This document shows, in pieces, positions 1 through 9,414 of a stretch of 64,000 bases of DNA (within the stretch, counting starts at the first letter, position 1; each line of letters starts with the position of its first letter). Both the position numbers and the translations under genes were made by a program. Location of the stretch: positions 1 through 64,000 of the forward strand of contig CAYUVA010000004.1 of the NCBI GenBank assembly GCA_964448115.1, read 5' to 3'. Under the pieces are notes generated by a model. The model did not search any database, had not been told where the DNA came from, and worked only from the letters and a program-made list of their open reading frames with translations. The DNA comes from an uncultured bacterium. GTDB taxonomy: Bacteria; CAYUVA01.

Positions 1-1104
1 CTCGAGCATGTCACCGAGTACGGCTATCTTTCGTCTCCCGGATCCCAGCTCAGCCATGACCTCTAAAGCGCCATTCATCGACGGCAGCGAGGCATTGTAG
101 CTATCATCGATTACCAGTATATCATTGGGCATCTGGATTATATTCAGTCTCTTCTCCTCGCGCTGGAAGCTGCGCAATCCCTTGGCTATTTCATCCGGCT
201 CTAGTCCAAGAGCAAGCGCAATAGCTATGGCACCGAGCGCGTTCTGCAACTGGAAGCGTCCCGGTACATCGATGAAGAACTCTGTAGCTTCAGCCTTTTT
301 TATCCTGAATGCGCTGCCGTGATTCACCCGCCTCGGCTCCCCAGCAAGCTGGACATCAGCATCGGCGGTAATGCCGTAGGTCATATACCTGCAAGCGCGT
401 TTTCCTTTTATGCCTGCAAGTTCCTTGTCATCGACATTTATCACTGCTATATCATCGCTGCCAAGCCTTGAGAAGAGAAGCTCCTTCTCGATAAGCACCT
501 GCTTTAAACTGCGAAAGAATTCTATATGTACCATCTGTATGTTGTTGATCAGGGCGATATGTGGCTCGACAATATCGACCAGAAGCTCCATCTCGCCGGG
601 CTTGCTGATGCCGACTTCGAGCACCGAAGCCTGGTGGCTATCGTCGAGGGTGAATACTGATATAGGCAAGCCGACCTGTCCGTTGAAGTTCTTGTATGTC
701 TGGTGAACCTTGAACCTCGTGGAGATGGCAGCAGCGGTCATGCGGGTCAGGGTGGTCTTGCCCACGCTGCCGGTTATGGCGATCTTGGGTATATCGAACT
801 GCGCATAATACCATTTGGCGAACTGCTGGAAGGCTCCGGTGGTCTCCGCAACCGTAATTATGGGGAGAGCGCCGAACCTTGTAGCATAGTTTTCGCTTAC
901 CACAGCAGCACAGGCACCGGCGCTGATAGCCTCTTCAGCAAAGGCGCTTCCATCAAGATTTAACCCATGTATGCCGATAAACAAAGCTCCGGGAGCGATG
1001 GAGCGCGAGTCGGTGCTGATCTGGGAGATCAAAATATCAGGCTTGATGTTATAGGGCTTACCACCCATAACCTCGATCACCTTACCTAGCTCGACCGGTT
1101 TCAT
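1..1104 (-). CDS. murF: UDP-N-acetylmuramoyl-tripeptide--D-alanyl-D-alanine ligase, runs off the window start
   Basis: Not in the ORF track. Manual translation from the ATG at 1104 (ATGA overlap with the murE stop) gives MKPVELGKVIEVMGG..., with the GSVGKTT P-loop, VLEVGISKPGEM and IDDSYNAS motifs of MurF. Confidence 0.93.
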   Translation of the reverse strand, partial: MKPVELGKVIEVMGGKPYNIKPDILISQISTDSRSIAPGALFIGIHGLNLDGSAFAEEAISAGACAAVVSENYATRFGALPIITVAETTGAFQQFAKWYYAQFDIPKIAITGSVGKTTLTRMTAAAISTRFKVHQTYKNFNGQVGLPISVFTLDDSHQASVLEVGISKPGEMELLVDIVEPHIALINNIQMVHIEFFRSLKQVLIEKELLFSRLGSDDIAVINVDDKELAGIKGKRACRYMTYGITADADVQLAGEPRRVNHGSAFRIKKAEATEFFIDVPGRFQLQNALGAIAIALALGLEPDEIAKGLRSFQREEKRLNIIQMPNDILVIDDSYNASLPSMNGALEVMAELGSGRRKIAVLGDMLE

Positions 1105-2687
1105 TGTTCAACCTCTCCGTTTGCTCTAAGCGCTCGCAAAGCCTCGCTTGCCACCTCGGCATCATCGAAGTGGATAATCTTATCACCAAGAACCTGATAA
1201 TTCTCGTGTCCCTTACCAGCAATTATCACCATATCGCCAGGGGATGCAAGCTCGATGGCGCGAAATATAGCCTGTTTTCTATCTTCAATACGCTCGATTT
1301 TGTCTGTGCTCGTGTTGAAGCCGACCATTATATCATCGATGATGCGAAAGGGATCTTCGCTGCGCGGGTTGTCCGAGGTTACGATGATGTGATCGCTGTA
1401 CTGCTGGGCAGCTTGCGCCATGAGAGGGCGTTTGCTTCTATCGCGATCACCTCCGCAGCCGAACACGGTAATCAGGCGCCTTGGGCTGCACCTCCTGGCA
1501 GCGGATAAAAGGTTGCTTAGCGCATCGCTGCTGTGAGCATAATCGACAATGACGGAGAAGTCCTGTCCCTCGGTTATGGACTGGAACCTGCCGGGAACTG
1601 ATTTAACGCTATGAAGCGCGTGGGCGATATCCTTCAACTCAAGCCTGAGCCATATCCCCACCGCCGCTGCTGCAAGTGCATTGTAGATGTTATAGTAGCC
1701 TGGAATGAAGAGCCTTACCGCGCAAGTTTTTTCACCATGACAAAGCGTGAAGGCGTTGCCGTGGATGGTGGCTTCTATATTGCAGGCAAATAGGCTTATC
1801 CCCTCTTCTCTTTTCCCCCCAAACCTGGGGGGGATAAAAGTGGGGGGAGAGGCATTGGCTCCCTCCCCCTCTGGGGAGGGGCTGTGGAGAGGGGAAGATA
1901 GAATGCCATAAGTCGATAATAGAATTCCGCCTGCTGGCTTGATGGGTGAGAAGTGCTCATCATCAAGGTTGGTTACGATCAATCTTGAAGGCTTCTCGCT
2001 TCGCTCAAGCAGATCCACCAGGCGCAGCTTGGCAGCGAGATAGGCAGCGAAATCGCCGTGGTAATCGAGGTGTTCGTGATCCGATATATTGGTGAAGACC
2101 GCTGCATCAAAGCAGATGTCATCCACCCTCTCCTGAGCCAGCGCATGCGAGGAGACCTCCATTACCACCGCATCATACCCCTCGTTGAGCATCATTCTCA
2201 TCGCCTTGTGGATATCAGCCGCTTCGGGAGTGGTATGGGCTAACTTAATGGTGCGATCATCCATTATCATCCCGGTGGTTCCAATGATGGCTGCCTTTTT
2301 CCCCGCAGCCCTAAGCATGGCTTGGATGTAGTACGAGGTGGTTGTCTTTCCATTGGTGCCGGTGATCCCGATGACAAGCAGTCTCTTGGATGGCTCGCCA
2401 TAGAAGAATGAGGAGATCCTGGATAAGGCAGCCCTTGTATCGGCTACACGAATCATCGTGGTTTGTTGACTTATAGCCTGCCAATTTTGGCAAACCACCG
2501 CAACTGCCCCCTTTGAGATAGCCTGGGCTATATAATCGTGTCCATCGTATCTCAAGCCGGATATGCAGACGAACAAGTAACCCGGCTTCACATCCCGCGA
2601 ATCGCGTGAGATGCCGCTGATATCGAGGTGCAGCTCCCCAGTGTATTCGATAATCTCCAGTTCCTTTATAATTTCAGCCAATCGCAT
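1101..2687 (-). CDS. murE: UDP-N-acetylmuramoyl-L-alanyl-D-glutamate--2,6-diaminopimelate ligase with a ~33 aa repeat-derived insertion
   Basis: Motifs GITGTNGKTT, MEVSSH, EHLDYH, VDYAH, FGCGGDRD, DNPR (meso-DAP specificity) and AGKGHE. Confidence 0.97.
   Translation of the reverse strand: MRLAEIIKELEIIEYTGELHLDISGISRDSRDVKPGYLFVCISGLRYDGHDYIAQAISKGAVAVVCQNWQAISQQTTMIRVADTRAALSRISSFFYGEPSKRLLVIGITGTNGKTTTSYYIQAMLRAAGKKAAIIGTTGMIMDDRTIKLAHTTPEAADIHKAMRMMLNEGYDAVVMEVSSHALAQERVDDICFDAAVFTNISDHEHLDYHGDFAAYLAAKLRLVDLLERSEKPSRLIVTNLDDEHFSPIKPAGGILLSTYGILSSPLHSPSPEGEGANASPPTFIPPRFGGKREEGISLFACNIEATIHGNAFTLCHGEKTCAVRLFIPGYYNIYNALAAAAVGIWLRLELKDIAHALHSVKSVPGRFQSITEGQDFSVIVDYAHSSDALSNLLSAARRCSPRRLITVFGCGGDRDRSKRPLMAQAAQQYSDHIIVTSDNPRSEDPFRIIDDIMVGFNTSTDKIERIEDRKQAIFRAIELASPGDMVIIAGKGHENYQVLGDKIIHFDDAEVASEALRALRANGEVEQ
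1797..1897. repeat. Composite GC-rich palindromic (REP-like) element inside murE
   Basis: Hairpins CCCCCC-AAACCT-GGGGGG (1815-1832) and CCCTCCCC-CTCT-GGGGAGGG (1861-1880). Both modules recur at 62895-63035. Confidence 0.85.
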
Positions 2688-2749
2688 GGTCTTTTACTGG
2701 TTTTTAACTGTTGCGACGCCGCAACAGTTCCCTCAAGCCTCAAGCCTGC

Positions 2750-3856
2750 TCACCGCACTTTCAGTGTGCTCAATGCTAAAAGTGCCAGTATTGCCGAGAT
2801 GATCCAGAATCGCACTACCACCTTCGGCTCTCCCCATCCCCTGAACTGGAAGGTGTGGTGTAGCGGTGCCCTGAAGAAGAGACGGCGGCCGAGCAGGTTG
2901 ATGCAGATCCCCTTCTGAAGCAGCACGGATAGGGACTCTATGAAGAAGATTCCCCCGGCTATAATAAAAATCGCCTCTTCCTTGATGAGCAGGCATATCG
3001 TTCCCAGCACTCCACCGAGCGCAATGGCGCCGGTATCCCCCATAAATACCTCGGCTGGGTAGGAGTTATACCACAAGAATCCCATGCCGGCGCCGGCTAA
3101 TGCTGCGCAGAAGACCATCAGCTCGCCGGAGCCGGGCAGGTACTCGAACCTAAGATAATCTGCTGCCCTGTAGTTCCCGTGTACATAAGAAAATACGCCA
3201 AAGACCAGAGCCATCAGCGTGGCAGGCATGATAGCCAAGCCATCCAAGCCGTCGGTCAGGTTCACCGAGTTGGAGGTTCCCATTATCACGAAGATGATGA
3301 ATATGGCAAAGAAGATGCCCAGGTCTGCGATTGGCTCGGTAAAGCCAGGCAGATAGACCTTGGTCATCACCGCCAAGGGCACCGGCGATAACTGCTTCTT
3401 GAGATATATTGCAGCTAAAAACAGCCCAAAAAGCCCCTGCAAAGCCAGCTTCTGCTTGCTGCTTAGCCCAGCTTTGTCGCCCCGTGCCAGCTTGAGGCTA
3501 TCATCCATGAAGCCAATGGCACCGAACCAGAGAAGAGACATGAGGGTGATCAGCACAAAGGAATTCCTGATATCACACCACAGTAGCACCGGTATAAGCA
3601 CTGATATTATTATGATTATTCCCCCCATAGTGGGAGTGCCCACCTTGTGATCCTCATCCATGACATCGAAGCGCCAGACCTGGGACTTGATGTCTCGCTT
3701 GCGCAATAGCCTGATTGCATGGGGGCTGATGCTAAGCCCTATCAGGAAGGCAGTTATGGCAGCATAGGCGGAGCGGAACGATATGTACTTGAACAATCGC
3801 AGGAAACTGAGCCAGGTGTCCTCTCGATAGAATAGCTCGTAGAGAAAATAAAACAT
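2750..3856 (-). CDS. mraY: Phospho-N-acetylmuramoyl-pentapeptide transferase
   Basis: Motifs GTPTMGG, NSVNLTDGLDGL, PAEVFMGDTG and APLHH; multiple TM segments. Confidence 0.97.
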   Translation of the reverse strand: MFYFLYELFYREDTWLSFLRLFKYISFRSAYAAITAFLIGLSISPHAIRLLRKRDIKSQVWRFDVMDEDHKVGTPTMGGIIIIISVLIPVLLWCDIRNSFVLITLMSLLWFGAIGFMDDSLKLARGDKAGLSSKQKLALQGLFGLFLAAIYLKKQLSPVPLAVMTKVYLPGFTEPIADLGIFFAIFIIFVIMGTSNSVNLTDGLDGLAIMPATLMALVFGVFSYVHGNYRAADYLRFEYLPGSGELMVFCAALAGAGMGFLWYNSYPAEVFMGDTGAIALGGVLGTICLLIKEEAIFIIAGGIFFIESLSVLLQKGICINLLGRRLFFRAPLHHTFQFRGWGEPKVVVRFWIISAILALLALSTLKVR

Positions 3857-3860
3857 TCTG

Positions 3861-4607
3861 CTAGTCTCCGGTAGTGGTCTCCATCGGTGTTGTATCCTTG
3901 CCTTCCTTTGGATGCATTAGCTCCAAGACCTGGTTGTATGTTGCCTGGATCGAGAAGCGAGGCTTGAAAAAGATGCAACTGAGATCCATATTCCGCAGCG
4001 CATCCTGAAGCTGCTTCTCTGAGATTATCCGCCGTTGATACAATGACCCCATCCCTCGAAGCGCTGCATCGCGAATGAGCCAATTGGGATGTTCAAGAAG
4101 GCACATAACAGCAGCCACCGACAGATCATCGCTGCCCATCCCTCCAAGAGCCAATGGCAGGTTCATCAGAACCTCGAAGTTGCATCTTCTATAAAATGCC
4201 TTGTAGTTGGTGTAATCGACATCCATTCTCAGGTATCTTTTATGGATCGATTGCTCGATCTCTTGTTGCTTGCGCGGTGATAAGCTCAGTGTATCCAGAG
4301 CCGCCACCTGCACCTCCCAGTATGGATCTTTGAGGGCAAAAAGGAGGGTCTCGATCACCTTGTCCTCGTAGTTGCCGATATCACCAAGCGCAGTGCAGGC
4401 GTTGCGCCTGATGATGCCTACATTCCTCGGGCTGCGAACCTTTATGCATTCCATGATATAATCCAACTTCTCATGCCAGGAGATCATGCCGATGAGCTTT
4501 ATGCCGTTGTTTCGCACCTCCCAGCTTGGCGAATCCAACAACTCCTCGATGAATTTTTGTGCCTGGGCGTAGTCGAACGCCTCACCTCGCTGTATATCAT
4601 CGATCAA
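3861..4607 (-). CDS. HEAT-repeat protein within the mur cluster; start uncertain
   Basis: Repeated LxDPxWxVR-type motifs (LLDSPSWEVR, LKDPYWEVQ, LEHPNWLIR). The frame stays open upstream of the TTG start. Confidence 0.75.
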   Translation of the reverse strand: MIDDIQRGEAFDYAQAQKFIEELLDSPSWEVRNNGIKLIGMISWHEKLDYIMECIKVRSPRNVGIIRRNACTALGDIGNYEDKVIETLLFALKDPYWEVQVAALDTLSLSPRKQQEIEQSIHKRYLRMDVDYTNYKAFYRRCNFEVLMNLPLALGGMGSDDLSVAAVMCLLEHPNWLIRDAALRGMGSLYQRRIISEKQLQDALRNMDLSCIFFKPRFSIQATYNQVLELMHPKEGKDTTPMETTTGD

Positions 4608-4678
4608 TCGCTGGGAACGAGGTAGTAGTCTGCTCTTTGCAAACGCCTTTTTTGCTATAGAGAGCGTCTCTAGACTCC

Positions 4679-6259
4679 TTATCTTGAGAATATCCTTTTT
4701 ATCGACCTCGGAATAGGCATGACACCCAAGATCATCACACTTGCCATGTAGGCGATAAAAGCAACCACGCCTACCGTGCCGAAGAGCACGAATCGGCTGA
4801 TTAGCAGATCGAGGTCAATACTAACTCGAATCCATGAAAATGCCAACCATGAGATCGCTCCCATGATGGTTGTGGATATAATTATCTTAAGAAAATATAT
4901 GCTCTCGCTTCTTGGTATCCTGGCAGCCTTTCCCAGCCTCGCTCCTTGACGAAGCAGCAAAACAAGTAATATAAATTGGAACCCGGCGCTGATGGTCGTA
5001 CCCAAGGCTAATCCACCCAGGGGTAACAGACCAAGCGACTTGAATAATAAGACCAATGATAGCGAACAGAACGCATTCACTCCTACTGTGATCACATTGA
5101 CCAATGCATAGGTTCGGTTGTCGAGGATCGATGAGTAGGTGGTCTTGAGCAGCCTGATCAGGCAGAAGAAAACGATGCCGATGGAGTAGAAGGTCAGCGC
5201 ATAGGAGGTGTAAAGCGAGCCTCTTGCATCGAACTTGCCGTACTCGAAGAGGATGCTGGTCAGTGGCTGAGAATAGATGGTGAAAAACAAGAATATGGGG
5301 ACAGTGAAAAACAGTATGCGCCTTATGCCCCAAAATAATGTGCTTAAGAATCCAGGGAGGTTGCCTGAAGCCCAGTGCCTTGCCATGGTGGAATGCAGGC
5401 TCACCGAAGTGGAGACGCCGATTACGCCTATAGGCACTTGAAATACGCGGGCTGCATAAGCCAGTCCGGTGATGCTGCCGGCGGCTAAGAATGAAGCGAT
5501 GATGCGGTCGATAATGACCGAGATCTCTCCCACCGCTCCGCTGAGCACTGACGGTGTCCATTGCCTCTTGACCTCGCTGACGCCCCTATGCAATGACCTT
5601 AGGGTCGGCTTGAAGAAGACGCTAAGCCGCAAGGGGCTGATACGCTTGAAATAGGGAATCATAACCAGCAACTGCAACAAACCGCCTAGAACTATGCCCA
5701 AGGAGATGAGGTAAACCGCCTGGTCGTGAAAGCGCCCCCAAAAAGCTAGGCTTGCTACCAGGATACACCCGCCGTTAAAGGCGATGGGCGCTAAAGCCGT
5801 GTAACCATGCCCGGCTGAGGTCTCCTTTGAGTATAAATAACCCATGAGCAGCGAGGCAATACCAATAAAGAAGATAAAGGGGAAGATAATGCGCATGAGG
5901 CTCGAGGCGAGCGACTTCTCGGCAGGGGTGAAGCCAGGCGCCGCCATCCAGACGATGACCGGCGCCAGCAGGATGCCTAGGATGACTACAGCGACAAAGA
6001 CTGTAACTGCCAGGCGAAATATAGCCTCGCTGAAGGATAGCAGATCATCCTCGGTTGCCTTACCCTGGTAGTCCTTCAGTACTGGCACCAGCGCGTTCTT
6101 GACAGCCTCCTCTGCGACAACGGCTCGGATAAGGTTTGGGATGCCGAAGGCGACCTGGAAGATATCGTTAAGCGCTGACACACCCAGAAGCGCTCCGATG
6201 ACCTGGAGCCTTATCATCCCGGAAAATCGACTCAGCAGGGCGCCGATGCTCTGTATCAA
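4679..6259 (-). CDS. murJ: Lipid II flippase MurJ (MviN)
   Basis: Motifs SRFSGMIR, AFGIPNLIR, IDRIIASFL and YAARVFQVPIG; many TM segments. The true start may lie further upstream. Confidence 0.92.
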   Translation of the reverse strand: MIQSIGALLSRFSGMIRLQVIGALLGVSALNDIFQVAFGIPNLIRAVVAEEAVKNALVPVLKDYQGKATEDDLLSFSEAIFRLAVTVFVAVVILGILLAPVIVWMAAPGFTPAEKSLASSLMRIIFPFIFFIGIASLLMGYLYSKETSAGHGYTALAPIAFNGGCILVASLAFWGRFHDQAVYLISLGIVLGGLLQLLVMIPYFKRISPLRLSVFFKPTLRSLHRGVSEVKRQWTPSVLSGAVGEISVIIDRIIASFLAAGSITGLAYAARVFQVPIGVIGVSTSVSLHSTMARHWASGNLPGFLSTLFWGIRRILFFTVPIFLFFTIYSQPLTSILFEYGKFDARGSLYTSYALTFYSIGIVFFCLIRLLKTTYSSILDNRTYALVNVITVGVNAFCSLSLVLLFKSLGLLPLGGLALGTTISAGFQFILLVLLLRQGARLGKAARIPRSESIYFLKIIISTTIMGAISWLAFSWIRVSIDLDLLISRFVLFGTVGVVAFIAYMASVMILGVMPIPRSIKRIFSR

Positions 6260-6441
6260 AAAGAACCTGCCGTGTTTTTTCCCTTCACCATCCTGTGTAA
6301 GTGGTTGTGTTATTTATTTTGACCTCCCTCGCATACAAATATATCACTTCATGGCTTCTTTATTAACTTCTTTACATATAGCCCTGAGCTATGGATGGGA
6401 TGTATTTAATCAATTATCTTACCATCTTGATCATAACAACT

Positions 6442-6564
6442 TTAGGTCATGAATAAATATATTATTCGTAATGGTAACTTTCTATCAAGCAATTCAGCCT
6501 GCTTGGTGTCTCTTGCTAAGAGATAGTCGATCCAAACCGATGTATCGACTACTATTCTACTCAT
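6442..6564 (-). pseudogene. vapC: Truncated VapC (PIN domain) toxin fragment, 40 aa
   Basis: Manual translation MSRIVVDTSVWIDYLLARDTKQAELLDRKLPLRIIYLFMT*. It has the N-terminal PIN motif VDTSVWID and a TAATG overlap with the upstream fragment. Confidence 0.75.
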
Positions 6565-6644
6565 TACTTTTGCCTCATGGATTTATAGTCATATTCAATA
6601 TCCCAGTCGATCTTACCTTTTATTTTGCGAATTTCTTTAACATC
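6564..6644 (-). pseudogene. C-terminal remnant of a VapB-type antitoxin, in frame after the murG stop
   Basis: Translation DVKEIRKIKGKIDWDIEYDYKSMRQK* resembles the KGKIxxxxxYDYKxxR tail of VapB antitoxins and is coupled to the vapC fragment. Confidence 0.6.
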
Positions 6645-7805
6645 TCAACTCTTGCGCTTAACCTCTTCCTTGCCGCGGCATCGCTTGGACTCCAGGTAAC
6701 CAGCGACAGTTTTTGCGATCTTGACCGCTGCATCAGGGGCGCCGAGGCTCTTCATCGCCTTTGCCATAGCGCCTAGCCTCTCATCATCGAGCAGGCTCTC
6801 GGAGATCGCCTTTGCCAGCCTAGGCTTGTTAAGCTCGTTTTCCTCGAGCATCAATGCAGCCCCTGCATCTGCGAGCGCCTTTGCATTGTGGAACTGATGG
6901 TTATTGGCTGCCTTGCTCCAGGGAATAAGAAGCGCAGGCACTCCTAGCACTGCTAGCTCGCTTACCGTGGATGCGCCAGCTCGTGCGATGGCAAGGTCGC
7001 TTATCATCATCAGGCGGTGTATGTCATCCACATAACCAAGAGCCTGGTAGTGAAGGTTGCGCAGTTGCGGTACTCGAAAATCATCGAAGTAGCGCTGCCC
7101 GGTGATATGTATCCACTGCATCTTGCTCGCTACCTCCTGGTTGTGGTCGAAGATAACCGCGCAGGCAGGGACCAGGTCGTTTATCGCCTTGGAGCCTTGG
7201 CTGCCCCCCAAGATGAGCAGGGTCTTCTTCTGCGCGCATAAGCCGAGATCATCATAGATCGACTCTTTGTCCAACTGCTGGAGAAACTGCGCTCGCACTG
7301 GTGCACCAGTTACCATAATAGCTTTGTTCTTGGGAAAATAAGCCTTGCTTTGCTCAAAAGCCACGCAGATAAAGGTAGCAAGCCGCCCCAGCAGCTTATT
7401 GGTGAAACCAGGGCTCAGGTTGGTCTCCAGTATCATCGATGGTAGCTTGTCCAGCCAGGCGCGCAGGATGACTGGACCGCAGACGAATCCACCGGTGCCG
7501 ATCACGAAATCGGGATTTACTTGAGAAAAGACCTTGCGCGTCTCGCGAAGCGGCTTAAACATTGCCAGTTTACCTAAGTTCACCAGGTTTTTCCCAAGAA
7601 AGCGGGGTGACAGGGTTCGATTGAAGCCGGCAACATCGATGGCGCTGTATTTGTAGCCTTTCTGCGGGACTATCTTCGCCTCCATCCGATCCCTGGAGCC
7701 GATGAAGTGGATCTTCGCATTGTACCTTTGCTTCAGCGCTTCAGCGATAGCCAGTGCAGGGTATATATGCCCACCGGTGCCGGCACAGCATAAGATTACT
7801 CTCAT
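6645..7805 (-). CDS. murG: Undecaprenyldiphospho-muramoylpentapeptide beta-N-acetylglucosaminyltransferase
   Basis: Motifs GTGGHIYPA, GTGGFV, GGSQGS, RAGASTVSE and HQFHNA. Confidence 0.96.
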   Translation of the reverse strand: MRVILCCAGTGGHIYPALAIAEALKQRYNAKIHFIGSRDRMEAKIVPQKGYKYSAIDVAGFNRTLSPRFLGKNLVNLGKLAMFKPLRETRKVFSQVNPDFVIGTGGFVCGPVILRAWLDKLPSMILETNLSPGFTNKLLGRLATFICVAFEQSKAYFPKNKAIMVTGAPVRAQFLQQLDKESIYDDLGLCAQKKTLLILGGSQGSKAINDLVPACAVIFDHNQEVASKMQWIHITGQRYFDDFRVPQLRNLHYQALGYVDDIHRLMMISDLAIARAGASTVSELAVLGVPALLIPWSKAANNHQFHNAKALADAGAALMLEENELNKPRLAKAISESLLDDERLGAMAKAMKSLGAPDAAVKIAKTVAGYLESKRCRGKEEVKRKS

Positions 7806-7811
7806 GAAACC

Positions 7812-8726
7812 CTACTCCTTCCTTGGTATCTCGATGGTCATCATGTCCTTAGCCACCAGGACATTCTCGAAGTGCCTCTTAGCATCTAACAGAATGTCTT
7901 GATAGTCAGTGTATCGCGGGCTGATATGGGTCAAAACCAATTGCTTGACCGCTGCTTGCCGTGCAATGAGCGCCGCCTGGGCTGCGGTGGTGTGATCCCG
8001 CTGCTGTGCCTTGTCCAGATCATTGGTGGTATAGGTAGATTCATGTATGAGCAGGTCAGCATTCCGGCAAAACTCTACCTCAGCAGGAAATGTCCTTGTG
8101 TCGGCTATGTAACAGATTTTTCTTCCCTCTCTAGTCGGTCCGAGCACCTCCTTTGGCTCGACTATCCTCCCTGATTCGAGTTGAACACTCTCGCCCGCTT
8201 GTAACCTGCCATAAAGTGGACCGGGTTTGATACCCAATTCAAGCGCCTTTTCAACATTGAAGCGCCCCGGCCTCGGATGCTCGGTCATACAAAACCCGAA
8301 GCATGGCATTCGATGCCTCAAGGGGAGAGTAGAGATCGTGTATTCCTTGCCATCGATAGCAAATCCACTCTCCAGGGTTATAAAGTCGATATCGAAGGTG
8401 AAGCGGGCGCGGATTATCCTCTTGATGCCGGTGAAATATGCCTGGACGCCACGCGGACCTATTATGGTCAACGGTTGTTGTCGATCATCAAGCTCCATTG
8501 ACATCAATAGCCCCATAAGCCCGTTTACATGGTCTCCGTGAAGATGGCTGATGAATATCTTCGATATTCGGCTAATGCGCATATCCGAGCGCTTGAGCTG
8601 CAATTGAGCTCCCTCGCCGCAGTCGAGAAGGATGATCTCCCCATCACGACGAATCGCTATTGCTGGAAGCCCTCGATGCAGGGTGGGCGTAGCTGCGCTG
8701 GTACCGAGAAAGGTTACCTGGATCAA
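7812..8726 (-). CDS. rnz: Ribonuclease Z
   Basis: Motifs FLGTS, DCGEG, SHLHGDH, the GP-rich exosite GIKPGPLYG, HESTY and THISPRY. Confidence 0.95.
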   Translation of the reverse strand: MIQVTFLGTSAATPTLHRGLPAIAIRRDGEIILLDCGEGAQLQLKRSDMRISRISKIFISHLHGDHVNGLMGLLMSMELDDRQQPLTIIGPRGVQAYFTGIKRIIRARFTFDIDFITLESGFAIDGKEYTISTLPLRHRMPCFGFCMTEHPRPGRFNVEKALELGIKPGPLYGRLQAGESVQLESGRIVEPKEVLGPTREGRKICYIADTRTFPAEVEFCRNADLLIHESTYTTNDLDKAQQRDHTTAAQAALIARQAAVKQLVLTHISPRYTDYQDILLDAKRHFENVLVAKDMMTIEIPRKE

Positions 8727-9001
8727 TCGTTCCTCGCTTTGTGCACTATAATCATTATTAGGGCATACATTTACAATAACAGACCCTGCTTTACAACTGC
8801 GCTGGAAACAAAGATTTACCGTTTGCCCAGTAAGCCACTTGCCACCAAGCCACCAAGGCTCGAAGAGGACGGGATAATTCTCCTCTTCGGGGGAAAAATC
8901 GAAAGATAACAGTGAATCGAGGTATGGAATATTGCGATCTCATCGGTTGTTTGTTATAAGTAGCGTGCCTTGCAGAGAAACCAATAATTAGGAGCCTAAA
9001 G

Positions 9002-9202
9002 TTGACCATGTTAGAATGTAACCTTAAAAAGAACAAACAACAGTGCAATTGTACTTATGAGCCGTGCCCGCGCAAGGGCAAATGCTGCGATTGTATCCAA
9101 TATCACCTTGCCATGAGGGAGCTTCCAGCATGCTGCTTCCCTAACAATGTGGAGCGCACTTACGATCGCTCATTCAGGCGCTTCATCAAGACCTACCAAT
9201 GA
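9002..9202 (+). CDS. Small Cys-rich protein (DUF6485-like); probable ATG at 9008
   Basis: Pattern CNCTYEPCPRKGKCCDCIQYH...LPACCF, with an upstream AGGAG RBS. Confidence 0.75.
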   Translation: MTMLECNLKKNKQQCNCTYEPCPRKGKCCDCIQYHLAMRELPACCFPNNVERTYDRSFRRFIKTYQ

Positions 9203-9414
9203 TGGCTGAATATAATGATAAAGAGCCAATACAAGGCTTTCCACAAGGCTGGAAATCAATAACTAGTTGAAATAAAAGATATTTTCATAAATAGTGAAAC
9301 TTGATTTTCCTTCCGCAAAGGATTATTATATTATTGTAGGGTGTTGGTGACGCTTAGGTTCTTAATCATGCAACATGCCGAATATAACAGGCTTTTTCGG
9401 CTGGACTTGGGAGA

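Noticed and set aside
6645-6647. Selenocysteine or readthrough at the murG TGA
   Set aside because: MurG is already complete. The downstream in-frame peptide is better explained as an antitoxin remnant, and no SECIS-like hairpin was evident.
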